A DNA stretch of 64,000 nt from Nitrospinales bacterium. GTDB taxonomy: Bacteria; Nitrospinota; Nitrospinia; Nitrospinales; VA-1. The DNA lies in assembly GCA_965205835.1 (NCBI GenBank), contig OZ242182.1:1935246-1999245 (forward strand), given 5' to 3'. Under the pieces are notes generated by a model that was given only the letters and a program-made list of their open reading frames with translations, had not been told where the DNA came from and did no database searches. The position numbers were made by a program, and so were the translations under genes. Each line of letters starts with the position of its first letter. Position 1 is the first letter of the stretch. Positions 1 to 9,917 of this stretch are shown piece after piece.

Positions 1-361
1 TCGTACTAGTGAGCACCGTCACAGCCAGAACTTCCAGTCCTGAGCCTTTCACTTCCTCAGCCGTCTCAAGAATCGTCTCACCCTCTGTAGAGTGGATCGT
101 GATGAACCGCACTCCCAATTTTTCAACGGATCGTAAAACGCCCCGGACCGTAGCGGGAATATCGTGCAACTTGAGATCAAGAAAAATATTTGCCGCGGAA
201 TGATCCTGAATCATTTTAACCACGTCAGGGCCTTCACTGATAAACAGTTCCAAACCGATCTTGAAACAACCGACCACCCCTTCGAGCAATTGGACGTAAC
301 GCTTTGCCTCCTTTTTTCCGGGAACATCCAAAGCAAAGATCAACCGGTCTTGTGGATTCAT
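1..361 (-). CDS. pyrF: orotidine 5'-phosphate decarboxylase, 5' portion (gene runs off the left edge)
   Basis: Absent from the ORF track because there is no stop in the window. Manual reverse translation from the ATG at 361-359 gives MNPQDRLIFALDVPGKKEAKRYVQLLEGVVGCFKIGLELF...ANIFLDLKLHDIPATV...FITIHS. This contains the ALD and DLKxHDIP motifs of OMP decarboxylase. Confidence 0.8.
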   Translation of the reverse strand, partial: MNPQDRLIFALDVPGKKEAKRYVQLLEGVVGCFKIGLELFISEGPDVVKMIQDHSAANIFLDLKLHDIPATVRGVLRSVEKLGVRFITIHSTEGETILETAEEVKGSGLEVLAVTVLTST

Positions 362-660
362 TATATTCATAAAGTAACCACGAAAAATTTAGGAAAGTAT
401 ATCAAGACTCACAACTAGTGATGAAAAATGCCCTCGGAATATCAAGTCAGGACCAAATTGAGAATCTGAAAAAAGCGGCAACATCTTTGAGCGATCAGCT
501 TCTTTAAGGGAGGGCGAAAGCGCATCATTACCAGTGCATCAGCTCATAGGCTGCTGGAGTTTCGCGCCTTGGAGCACCTGGATCAGGGAAACCCTCCGAT
601 GCGAAGCCAGAAACAGAATTTTTAAAGTTTCCATTTAAAGATGTTCTCTTTCCTGAATTT

Positions 661-1215
661 CTAACGCATCGCCAGATGTCCTATCTGGTTGAGAATCTTT
701 GCCGACGCGCCCCAGATTCTATGATGTTGAAACCAGTACACCACCCCTTGTTCAGCAGGCTTACTCCCGACATCCCGTTCTTGCGTAGCAAGCAAGGATG
801 TAAAAGGAATTTCTAAAACTTCATCCACCTCGTCCTCCGCGAGTTCATACTCGGGCACGGAAGACAAAACGGAAACAAAAGGGGTGATTTCAAATCCCAA
901 CCGCGTACTGACCATAGGGAGCCGGCCTGGCACATCTTCAGGTTGAACTCCAATAGCAACCTCCTCCTCGGTTTCTCTTAAAGCCGTAGCCAGCAGGTCA
1001 TCATCCTCATCTTCTTCAAACACCCCGCCGGGAAAACCCACTTCCCCCGCGTGATACTTGAGGTGCATGGCTCGTTTGGTCATCAACACATGGGTCTTGT
1101 TGTGTCGAGGATAAAGCATGACCATCACCGCGGCCCGCATGGGGTGTGCGGAGGTCACCTCCCGCACTAAAGGGAAATCATGCTGAAGTTTGTGCTTGAT
1201 TAAAAACAAATCCAT
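661..1215 (-). CDS. Nudix hydrolase, CoA-pyrophosphatase-like
   Basis: 184-aa ORF. Nudix box GGVFEEDEDDDLLATALRETEEEVAIG, preceded by LMTKRAMHLKYHAGEVGFPGG, a pattern typical of CoA-pyrophosphatase-type Nudix proteins. Confidence 0.8.
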   Translation of the reverse strand: MDLFLIKHKLQHDFPLVREVTSAHPMRAAVMVMLYPRHNKTHVLMTKRAMHLKYHAGEVGFPGGVFEEDEDDDLLATALRETEEEVAIGVQPEDVPGRLPMVSTRLGFEITPFVSVLSSVPEYELAEDEVDEVLEIPFTSLLATQERDVGSKPAEQGVVYWFQHHRIWGASAKILNQIGHLAMR

Positions 1216-1221
1216 CGACCC

Positions 1222-1563
1222 CTACCAAACCTTTTTGTATTCTTCGATATTGAACCCAACGGTGATTTTATTTTTATCCACCGCGATCGGGCGTTTGACC
1301 AACCTTCCGTTAGAGGCCAGCAAGTCTATCGCCTGGCTTTCGGTCATGGTTGCCAGTTTATCCTTGATCTTCAACTCGCGATACTGAACTCCACTGGTAT
1401 TGAACAACTTTTTCATTCCCCTGGCTTTCATCGCCGCTTTAAGGATCTGCTTGGTCGGCGGCGTTTCGGTAATATCGAACAACTCAAACTTAACCTTCCT
1501 ATCCTCCAGAAACCGGATCGCCTTACGACAAGTTCCACATTTATTGTAAGAGTACAGCTTCAT
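1222..1563 (-). CDS. ArsC/Spx-family protein (YffB-like)
   Basis: 113-aa ORF with N-terminal CGTCRKA and a ...GRLVKRPI core typical of the ArsC/Spx/YffB family. The stop lies 7 nt before the Nudix start. Confidence 0.75.
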   Translation of the reverse strand: MKLYSYNKCGTCRKAIRFLEDRKVKFELFDITETPPTKQILKAAMKARGMKKLFNTSGVQYRELKIKDKLATMTESQAIDLLASNGRLVKRPIAVDKNKITVGFNIEEYKKVW

Positions 1564-1860
1564 CTAAAAAAACCTCCTCCAGCGTGACGCTGGAACTAGT
1601 TAACAATATCTTGATCCTGGTCTCAATAAGCCGCTCGGTTTAACCAAGCCAGTTTAACCTGTGGAAAACGATAAAAAACCTTGCCCATTTCCCACCGGCG
1701 AATCTCCGACCACGCCCAGTGACACAATATGTTGTGGGCTGGGTCTCAAAGTATACCAAAGATGGTATAATTTCACTTTACAATATCTCAGGATTGGGAT
1801 AATCTTCCCTCCAGAACATACGGCTCAAAAGATCCGATAATCCCTAGGGCCCCACCGAAT

Positions 1861-4800
1861 ATGTACCTGAAAAACTTAGAATTAGAAGGTTTCAAATCGT
1901 TTGTCGATTCCACCAACCTGGAGTTTGGGAACGGTTTTACGGCCATTGTCGGCCCCAACGGTTGCGGAAAGAGCAATGTCTCTGACGCGATTCGCTGGGT
2001 CATTGGCGAGCAAAGGTCAAAAACTCTGCGTAGCACCCGTATTACGGATCTCATATTCAATGGCAGCAACAGCCGAAAACCGGTAAACCGGGCAGAAATC
2101 TCCCTGACCTTATCCAATGTACCAGCGGGAATCCGGATCGCCGGGATTTCCAATACAGTCGAAGATGTCAAAGTCACCCGTTGCTACCATCGTTCTGGCG
2201 AAAGCGAATTTTATATCAACCGGATTCCGTGCCGCCTAAAGGATATCACGGATTTCCTTTTGGATGCCGGGATCAGCCCAAAAGTCTTGACCATTATTGA
2301 GCAGGGCCATATTCAGGACATCATCACTTCCAAACCGGAAGAAAGGCGTATCCTGGTTGAAGAGGCTGCGGGAATCCTGAAATTCAAGCACCGCAAAAAC
2401 GAAGCCATCCGCAAGCTCGACAGCTCACGCCAGAATTTGGAACGCGTGGCAGATATTGTTCAGGAACTGTCCCGACAGGCCGAATCGTTAAAGCGCCAAG
2501 CCGCCAAGGCGGAACGCTATAAAAAATACAAATCCGAGGTCAAGGAACTTTCCCTCAAGCTTTTCTCCATCAAAATCCGCCGTTACCAGTCGCGACTACT
2601 GACGATAGAAACGGAGTTAGAAGAGCAAACAGAAAAGAAAGCCGAGTGGAATGCCCGTTTCTCCACCTTCGAAAACCAGATTGCCCAACTCAATGTAGAA
2701 ATCGAGGAATCGTTGAGCCGGTTGAACGAAGTGCGCGAAACCATTCACCAATTGAACTCACAAATCGGAAATAGCGAACAAAGCATTGCTTTCAAAAAAG
2801 AGCAAAAATCTGAAGCAGAGGCAGACATCGAATCCGCCACAGGAGAAATATCCCGGATGAACGGGGAAACTAGCGGCCTGACAAACCAGATCGAAAAGGA
2901 AAGGCAAAACCTTTCTGCCACCTCACACGAGATCAACGAGCAAGAAATTGTGCTGAATCAACGCAACGCTGAAAACGAACAGAAAAGGGACGCGTTACAG
3001 GAAATTCAGGAGCAGGTTCTCAGCGGCGAAAAAAATGTTCACAGCTTATTCCAGCGGACAGCCCAATCGAAAAACCAGATGACCGCTCTTGATACCCGTA
3101 TCCTGGGATTGGAAGCCAGCCAGAAAAAGCTGGTGGCAGAAAAGGAAGAAATCCATTTCCAAATTCAGGAAAACCAGTCGGGTCTGGAGCAAAAAGAATC
3201 AGAACACCGGCAGAAAACCGAGGAACTTACGCATTTAAAAGAACAGCAAGAGACATTGCGGCAAGAAACCACCTTCTGCTCGCGGCAACTCCAGGCTGAA
3301 ACAGACCGTCATGGCTCCAGAAAAGAAGACTATTTTCATAAAGCCTCCCTTCTCAGCACATTGGAAAAACTGAGAAACCAGTTTGAGGGATTTCATGAGG
3401 GCGTTAAATCTCTTATGAACAAACAAAACGGCGAACGCATTCCGGGAATCCGGGAAGTGCTGGTCGATGTGTTACAAACGTCGGCGGAATACGAAGTGGC
3501 CATCGAAACAGCCCTGGGTGAAAAACTGCAAAGCGTTATTGTCAATTCCTATTCCGATTCGCTGGAGGCCATCGGCTATCTTAAGAACCATCAGTCCGGT
3601 CGAGGCCTGTTCGCTCCCCTCAATCCAAAAACAACTCCTTCCACACCTCCTTATACGAATGGCGCACGGGGAATCGTGGGCAAAGCCCTCAACTTTGTCG
3701 AATGTCAGGAAGAGTATCGACCTGTTATCGAATTGCTACTGAAAAGTGTTGTCATCGTTCAGAGTATGGATGTCGCCCTGCACCTGCATCAAGAGCCGGA
3801 ATTTCAGGGTACCGTTGTCACCTTAAACGGGGAGATGATTGATGCTAACGGATTCATCACCGGAGGCCCACTGGAAAATGATTCCTCAAGTCTGCTGGCC
3901 AGGAACCGGGAAATAGAAACTCTCACCCGTAGTGTCGGTAGCGTTAAAGAAGAGTTGAACGCATCGCAGGAAAATATCGAAAATAAAAAACAGGACCTTT
4001 CCCAACTCGAGGCCAACCTGAGGCAACTGGACCAGCAAACCCATACCGCAGAGATCGCAACGAATAACAAACTCCGCGATCTGGAGCAATCGCGTCAGGA
4101 AGCAAAGCGTCTCGGTAACAAAAGCTCCTCTATTGACGAGGAAATTTCGGCCATAAACCAGGAAAAAGAGCAACTGGTCGCGGAAAAATCTTCACTGAAC
4201 CAGCAATTGGAGTCTGCTGAGCAAAAAAGGATTGAGGAAGAATCGCTTTTAACCGGCTATCGGGAAGGACTGGAACAGAGCCGGTCTGGCCTTGAAAAAA
4301 TTTCATCCGAAATCAGCCGACTCAAAGTTCTGATCGCATCGCTGATCGGTCGGCGGGAAAACACACTCACAGAAATCAAACGACTGGAACTTCAGCAACA
4401 GAACCTGAAACAGCAAATTGAAAAGCGCGGGTCAGACCGCGTTTCCAACCAGAATAGAATTACTGAAATTGAAGGCGAAATTTCAACCCTAGAAAACGCA
4501 GTCCTCAAGCTTTCCCGAGAAAAAGATCAGCTGACCAAAACAGCCGCCCAGGAAGAAGAGTCCCTGCGGCAGAAGGAGGAGGATCAAAAGGGTATGGAGC
4601 AGGACACCCGGGAACTTTCCCGAAAAATTCAGGAAATCACCGAGACTCTTTCTCAAATAGAAATCAAGCGATCTGAAAACCGCCTGCAAATCGCCCACAT
4701 GGAAGAACGCGCTTACGAAGACTTCAACGCAACACGGGAAGAGTTACAGTCGGCCTACGACGAGACCATTGATGAGAACGAAACGGACAAGCAGGTTAAA

Positions 4801-5418
4801 GAACTCAAGGAAAAGGTGGCAAAATTAGGTGAGGTCAATCTGGCCGCGCTTTCGGATTTTGAAAAAACCAACGAGCGTTACACCTTCCTGAAAAAACAAC
4901 AGGACGATCTGGCCGAGTCCATCGAACTCCTCCATTCAACCATTGAGAAAATAAACCGCACCACCAAACAACGGTTTCTCGATACCTTCGAATTGGTGAA
5001 CGTAAATTTTAAGGAAATTTTTGCGCGTCTCTTTCAAGGAGGAAAAGCAAACCTGAGCCTGGTTGACGAGGCCAACCCTCTCGATTCGGGAATTGAAATC
5101 ACCGCCAATCCTTTGGGGAAGAGCCTGCAAAGTCTGGCTCTAATGTCTGGAGGAGAAAAAGCCATGGCCGCCATCGCCCTGATGTTTGCGGTATTTAAAG
5201 TCCGGCCCAGCCCCTTCTGCCTGCTGGATGAAGTGGATGCCCCGCTGGATGAAGCCAATGTGGTCCGTTTCCAGGAAATGCTCAAGGAAATGGCTGTTAA
5301 CACACAATTCATTATCATCACCCACAACCAAAAAACCATGTCTTTTGCCAACGCACTCTACGGCATCACCATGGAAGAACAGGGTGTCTCCAAAGCAGTC
5401 TCCGTCCACTTCAACTAA
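1861..5418 (+). CDS. smc: chromosome segregation protein SMC
   Basis: 1185-aa ORF. It has Walker A GPNGCGKSN, long E/K/Q-rich coiled-coil arms, a central hinge, a C-terminal signature-like MSGGEKAMAAIAL and Walker B FCLLDEVDAPLD. Confidence 0.95.
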   Translation: MYLKNLELEGFKSFVDSTNLEFGNGFTAIVGPNGCGKSNVSDAIRWVIGEQRSKTLRSTRITDLIFNGSNSRKPVNRAEISLTLSNVPAGIRIAGISNTVEDVKVTRCYHRSGESEFYINRIPCRLKDITDFLLDAGISPKVLTIIEQGHIQDIITSKPEERRILVEEAAGILKFKHRKNEAIRKLDSSRQNLERVADIVQELSRQAESLKRQAAKAERYKKYKSEVKELSLKLFSIKIRRYQSRLLTIETELEEQTEKKAEWNARFSTFENQIAQLNVEIEESLSRLNEVRETIHQLNSQIGNSEQSIAFKKEQKSEAEADIESATGEISRMNGETSGLTNQIEKERQNLSATSHEINEQEIVLNQRNAENEQKRDALQEIQEQVLSGEKNVHSLFQRTAQSKNQMTALDTRILGLEASQKKLVAEKEEIHFQIQENQSGLEQKESEHRQKTEELTHLKEQQETLRQETTFCSRQLQAETDRHGSRKEDYFHKASLLSTLEKLRNQFEGFHEGVKSLMNKQNGERIPGIREVLVDVLQTSAEYEVAIETALGEKLQSVIVNSYSDSLEAIGYLKNHQSGRGLFAPLNPKTTPSTPPYTNGARGIVGKALNFVECQEEYRPVIELLLKSVVIVQSMDVALHLHQEPEFQGTVVTLNGEMIDANGFITGGPLENDSSSLLARNREIETLTRSVGSVKEELNASQENIENKKQDLSQLEANLRQLDQQTHTAEIATNNKLRDLEQSRQEAKRLGNKSSSIDEEISAINQEKEQLVAEKSSLNQQLESAEQKRIEEESLLTGYREGLEQSRSGLEKISSEISRLKVLIASLIGRRENTLTEIKRLELQQQNLKQQIEKRGSDRVSNQNRITEIEGEISTLENAVLKLSREKDQLTKTAAQEEESLRQKEEDQKGMEQDTRELSRKIQEITETLSQIEIKRSENRLQIAHMEERAYEDFNATREELQSAYDETIDENETDKQVKELKEKVAKLGEVNLAALSDFEKTNERYTFLKKQQDDLAESIELLHSTIEKINRTTKQRFLDTFELVNVNFKEIFARLFQGGKANLSLVDEANPLDSGIEITANPLGKSLQSLALMSGGEKAMAAIALMFAVFKVRPSPFCLLDEVDAPLDEANVVRFQEMLKEMAVNTQFIIITHNQKTMSFANALYGITMEEQGVSKAVSVHFN

Positions 5419-5434
5419 TTCCCACTCGGCGTGA

Positions 5435-5484
5435 GGCCAATGAGCAACAGCCATTGGGCCAAGCTGGTCTGTTGCCAGCTTTTA
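5435..5484 (+). terminator. putative intrinsic terminator after smc (two tandem hairpins)
   Basis: First hairpin: GGCCAATG...CATTGGGCC (5435-5460, 8 bp with one bulge). Second hairpin: AGCTGG-N7-CCAGCT (5462-5480), followed by TTT. The T-run is short, so confidence is moderate to low. Confidence 0.4.
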
Positions 5485-5649
5485 ACACCATTTATCATTG
5501 GCCCCACAGGGGTATTACTGCCCTATTGCTACCGAGACCTTTGCATAACCCCGGATTACCCCCTTTTTTGGGCTTGCGGAAAGGTCTCATTGCTACCGGC
5601 GGCTACGCCGGGGTATAATTTGCTCCATATTAACTAATTGTATCTCGTT

Positions 5650-7002
5650 ATGGCGGAAGCGAAAGACATCGACGACAGCTTGGAGTTCCTTCGGTATTTT
5701 GAAAAAAACACCGAGAACCCCGACCTCGGTACTCTCATCCGGGAGAGGTTGAGTCTCGACAAAAAATCTCTGGATCTTCTAGGTTGCCAGCTTAAAGAAG
5801 AAGATTTCAAGATCATCGCCGGATCCAATCTTCTTAAATCTCTTTCTTCTCTGAATCTTGAACAAACAGGTTTGAATTCCAGCGGACTGCAACCGCTCAG
5901 TGCTTCCGACTGTTTTTGTAATCTGGAAAACCTTTCGCTAGCCAACAATAATCTCGACGACGAGGCCTTATTCTTCCTTTCCAAATGCCAAGCACTGACG
6001 CTTCTGAAAGACTTGAGCCTGTCCAGCAACGAGATTGGCGTGCTGGGGGGCAAGGTTCTTTCTTTGGCAGAGGGCATGAACAATCTGGAGCGGTTGAACA
6101 TTTCCTACAACCGTTTAGAACCACTTGGCATTAAATCACTCGCCGACTCAAAACTTGGTCGCCAGTTGATCCATATCAATCTTCGCGACACGGGGATTGG
6201 TGATGAGGGTTTAAGATTTTTAATGCCAGCGCCCCCTCTTGAAAAGATCCTCACGGTTGATCTTTCCGATAATGGCTTGACCCATGAAGGAATGGAGGCT
6301 CTAGCTCGGTCGCAGGTGTTTCCTAACCTCAAAGTTTTGATTCTGAACAACAACCATCTTGGAGATGATGGAGTCTATGCCATGGCCGAGTCTCCCATGT
6401 TTGCGAAACTCGAAACCCTGATCATGCGCAATAACGGATTGACCACAGATAGTGCCATCTCCCTTTCCACCTCTAAATCTATCACTCAACTTAAAACACT
6501 GGACCTGAATAACAACGATCTTCGTGCCGAGGGAGTGAAGGTGCTGGCGAAATCCGCAAATATGAAAAATATGGAAACGCTGGATCTCGGCGAGAATAAA
6601 ATCGGCCACGAGGGCGCGGAAGCCTTGGCGCAATCCTCTCATTGGGCCAGCCTGAAATCTTTGCGACTGAACAACAATAATATTGCCGATCAGGGGGCCA
6701 CGGCGTTGGCCTGTTCTACCACTCTGACTCAGTTGGAATCTTTATACCTGGAAAATGAAAACTGGATTCATGCACAAGGTACCAAGGCAATTGCCGAGTC
6801 CAGAAATTTGTCCAGCCTTCGCCGGTTGGTACTCGCCTTGAATGCCATTGGCGATGAAGGCGCGATTTATCTGGCCAATTCCCACCCACTCTCCGGCCTG
6901 AATTTTTTAAACGTAGCAGGTAGCAAACTGAGCCCCAGAGGGGAAGATGCCCTGCAAAAATCTACAGTACTGACCAATCTTCAAGTTCTCGAAATTGTTT
7001 GA
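5650..7002 (+). CDS. leucine-rich repeat protein, ribonuclease-inhibitor (RNI)-type repeats
   Basis: The ORF track gives 5638..7002 (TTG start); the ATG at 5650 is preferred. It contains many tandem ~28-aa units of the form L..L.L..N.IGDEGA..LA (e.g. LKSLRLNNNNIADQGATALA, LRRLVLALNAIGDEGAIYLA). No obvious signal peptide. Confidence 0.75.
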   Translation: MAEAKDIDDSLEFLRYFEKNTENPDLGTLIRERLSLDKKSLDLLGCQLKEEDFKIIAGSNLLKSLSSLNLEQTGLNSSGLQPLSASDCFCNLENLSLANNNLDDEALFFLSKCQALTLLKDLSLSSNEIGVLGGKVLSLAEGMNNLERLNISYNRLEPLGIKSLADSKLGRQLIHINLRDTGIGDEGLRFLMPAPPLEKILTVDLSDNGLTHEGMEALARSQVFPNLKVLILNNNHLGDDGVYAMAESPMFAKLETLIMRNNGLTTDSAISLSTSKSITQLKTLDLNNNDLRAEGVKVLAKSANMKNMETLDLGENKIGHEGAEALAQSSHWASLKSLRLNNNNIADQGATALACSTTLTQLESLYLENENWIHAQGTKAIAESRNLSSLRRLVLALNAIGDEGAIYLANSHPLSGLNFLNVAGSKLSPRGEDALQKSTVLTNLQVLEIV

Positions 7003-7151
7003 TAAACCGGTTTGATGGCTCCAGCTTTGGTGGAGAAACGCCCAGCGTACCCATATTTGAGACAATTAGACCTTCTGTCGGTTGTTTTTCCTGTCGCGGA
7101 TGCTATTATTACATTGAAATCTCTAATGTGAGTTTATGACTTGGAGCTCGT

Positions 7152-8327
7152 ATGAGCGATTTGAGACAAACAATCATAGATTCCCTAAATTCTTATTCCA
7201 CAGATGATTCTACTCTTCTGGAAACAGTGCAGGAGCTTGTAGAAAAAGAAGGAGAAAAAGTTTATCCCGCTTTACTCAATGTACTGACCCACCTGGAATT
7301 CGACGCCCACGATGCCAAAGTCAATTGGGATCGCATCCTCACCCATCGTAACCTTCTGGAAACAAAACTTGATCGACACGTCAAGTTAATCACCGCAGTG
7401 TGCGACTATTTCTGCGAGGTTTCACATATTCTGGAAACTCCAACAATGATTGAATTGGGGGTATTGGAGGAAACTAAAAAACATTCCCGCTACGATGGTT
7501 TGACCGGACTTTTTAACCGACGATTTTTTAATGAGGCTCTGAAAGGGGAAATGAACCGATCGCAAAGATATGACGGAAGTTTTTCCCTTATATTTTTCGA
7601 TCTCGATAATTTTAAAAGTTTCAATGATACCTACGGTCACCAGGCAGGAGACTTAACTTTGCAAGAAGTAGCAAAAATCTTGCTATCAGAAAAAAGGACC
7701 GAAGACCTTGCCTGCAGATATGGCGGAGAGGAACTGGTCCTCATTCTCCCTGAAACCCGGAAGGTCAACGCGCTGGTCATTGCCGAACGTATCCGAAAAA
7801 CGGTTGAAAAAATGAAACTGGAATTTGATGGACAAACATTCAGTGTTACCTTGAGTGGCGGGGTTGCTTCTTATCCCGTAGACGCGAAGGATGTCAAGTC
7901 ATTAATCCACGCAACCGATATCGCGCTTTATCAAGCGAAGGAAAACGGCAGAAACAGAATTTCCCTGCATGCCCTGGACAAACAACACTATCTCAGAGCA
8001 GATTTTTCCGGGGACGTTCAGATCAACAAAGCAGATCAGGAATCTGGACAAATTACCGTCCAAGGGAAAAAGTTCAGCAGTTCAGGTTTGCTTTTGGAAA
8101 GCTCCGTTGCCATCGAAATCGGTACGCAGGTAAGGGTAGAAATTTCAGACCGAGGCCTCGACAAACCCACCACCATAAATGCTCAGGTGGCACGGGTAGA
8201 AAAGTTTGACTCCCATTATGATATTGGGGTTTCTTTTCTGGAAACCAGTAATACGGATCGAAATGAAATAACGCAGACTCTAGCCAAAAACCCGGGAATC
8301 CCCATCACCAATCAGCAAAAAGAATAA
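7152..8327 (+). CDS. diguanylate cyclase (GGDEF) with C-terminal PilZ-like domain
   Basis: 391-aa ORF. Active site RYGGEELVLIL, I-site RTED five residues upstream, and the FFDLDNFKSFND metal site. The C-terminal ~110 aa are beta-rich, with KKFSSSGLLLES resembling the D/NxSxxG half of PilZ. No clear RxxxR. Confidence 0.85.
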   Translation: MSDLRQTIIDSLNSYSTDDSTLLETVQELVEKEGEKVYPALLNVLTHLEFDAHDAKVNWDRILTHRNLLETKLDRHVKLITAVCDYFCEVSHILETPTMIELGVLEETKKHSRYDGLTGLFNRRFFNEALKGEMNRSQRYDGSFSLIFFDLDNFKSFNDTYGHQAGDLTLQEVAKILLSEKRTEDLACRYGGEELVLILPETRKVNALVIAERIRKTVEKMKLEFDGQTFSVTLSGGVASYPVDAKDVKSLIHATDIALYQAKENGRNRISLHALDKQHYLRADFSGDVQINKADQESGQITVQGKKFSSSGLLLESSVAIEIGTQVRVEISDRGLDKPTTINAQVARVEKFDSHYDIGVSFLETSNTDRNEITQTLAKNPGIPITNQQKE

Positions 8328-8580
8328 TCCGGGAAATTAGTACCGGATAGCGAGCAAATTGAAGGTGTTTTGCGTTCCCAATATCCGGTTTGCCAGCCAT
8401 GCATGGAGCTCATAACGTCGGGCACAATCTTTTTCAATCTGTACAAATTCCAAACCTCCATAATTTCATAAACCTGGTTCGAGTCAATGCCACCAAAATG
8501 CCGCTGCTAATCCGAATGAAGGTCTCTATCAAAGAAGGGCTGGGGTGATTGACCCTCCGAGGTGTTATCTTTTCAATAAG

Positions 8581-9246
8581 CTAAGGAGTCATTTGGACCA
8601 GCTTATTGATGGTTTTTTCAATGCCTTCGGCCACTTCCGAGATGCTTCGCCCTGTCATATAGGCCGGGGTCGAGACGATTTTATTCTCCGCATCGAGCAC
8701 AAAATCAGTGGCGGCGCATTCCTTATGTTTGCTGCCCATAATTTCGATTTTGCCACTACATTCCTTGTCGTTACCAATGGTCAAGACCGGTTTGGCCGGT
8801 TCGCTTTCATAGATTTTTGCCATCATAGCCGGGGCAATGCATAAAACCGCTTGCGGTTTTTGTTTGGCGGTGAACTCTTTCACCAGACGCATCACTTCCG
8901 GGTGGACGTCGCAGTCTTCGCCTTTGACCGCGAAGTTTGATAGATTTTTGGCCGCGCCGAATCCACCAGGGAACACCAACGCGTCAATATCATCCGCTTT
9001 AACTGTGCTGATATCTTTGATCTCGCCCCGGGCGATGCGTGCCGCCTCGACGAGAACATTACGTTTTTCGCCTGCCGCTTCTTCACCCGTGAGATGGTTG
9101 ACCACATGCATCTGATCGATATTGGGAGCCATGCACACCGCTTCGGCACCGACCCGGTCAATCGCCAGAAGAGTGATGACCGACTCTTGGATTTCCGCGC
9201 CGTCATACACCCCGCAACCCGAAAGCACCACACCAATCTTTTTCAT
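8581..9246 (-). CDS. elbB: DJ-1/PfpI-family glyoxalase ElbB
   Basis: 221-aa ORF. MKKIGVVLSGCGVYDGAEIQESV...NHLTGEE...FPGGFGAAKNLSNFA...CIAPAM closely matches the pattern I recall for E. coli ElbB. Confidence 0.88.
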   Translation of the reverse strand: MKKIGVVLSGCGVYDGAEIQESVITLLAIDRVGAEAVCMAPNIDQMHVVNHLTGEEAAGEKRNVLVEAARIARGEIKDISTVKADDIDALVFPGGFGAAKNLSNFAVKGEDCDVHPEVMRLVKEFTAKQKPQAVLCIAPAMMAKIYESEPAKPVLTIGNDKECSGKIEIMGSKHKECAATDFVLDAENKIVSTPAYMTGRSISEVAEGIEKTINKLVQMTP

Positions 9247-9406
9247 GATTATTTCCCCCAGAAAAATAAAAACAGAGATTAGTTTTTGATTGAATTTTCA
9301 CCTCATTTTACCACCCTCAATGGGTGAGGTACAATTGGCAATGGCTCGTTAATTAGGGAGACTAGTTTGGCAGGAGGCAAGGAGTGGATTTAACCCTAAT
9401 TTTAGA

Positions 9407-9880
9407 TCAGATATCGGTTTCCCAACCAGTTCTAAAATTCAGGGCCCGGACAAATTCAAACGTATCACACCAAGTTACGCCAAGCCCATTGCAAACATCA
9501 GGTACATGGCGATTTGCCCTTTGAGCTTTGGGCTTTGAAACTTCAGTTGTTACGATGGGCCTTTCTTCTTTCGACACTAAAGCATATGCAATAAGAAACG
9601 GGTCACGACCAATTTTCTCAACTTCATCATCACTTAGATCGGGTGCATATTCATTGTCTATTATCCTAGAAACCAGAGGAACTTCAACCTCCTCCCTTAG
9701 TAACAATGCTACCTCGGTTTCGGGTTCTTTAGCCCACATAGCAAGAGCATCTTGTCCCTCCTTGATTTCTTCATAGACCTCAAGTGGAATTTTCACATGA
9801 CCCTTCTTCCCCATATTTAACAACCATTCCCAAAATTCGGGAACACGGCTTATTAGGATAATAATCTCGGTTTGCGTCAA
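9407..9880 (-). CDS. DUF4411 (PIN-like) family protein, putative toxin; 5' end apparently frameshifted
   Basis: 157-aa TTG-start ORF containing FWEWL...IPLEVYEEIKEG...DPFLIAYAL...VTTEV. The expected N-terminal motif (YFLDANVLIDANRDYYP) lies in a different frame at 9855-9908. Confidence 0.6.
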   Translation of the reverse strand: MTQTEIIILISRVPEFWEWLLNMGKKGHVKIPLEVYEEIKEGQDALAMWAKEPETEVALLLREEVEVPLVSRIIDNEYAPDLSDDEVEKIGRDPFLIAYALVSKEERPIVTTEVSKPKAQRANRHVPDVCNGLGVTWCDTFEFVRALNFRTGWETDI

Positions 9881-9917
9881 TTAGAACATTTGCGTCTAAA
9901 AAATATAGCGTTGCTCT

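Noticed and set aside
362-660. Possible structured ncRNA (SRP/6S-like) in the 300-nt pyrF-Nudix spacer, because of the string GTCAGGACC
   Set aside because: There is no convincing match to the conserved SRP domain IV or to any other RNA-family core, and no extended helices were found by eye. It is more likely just the pyrF promoter region.
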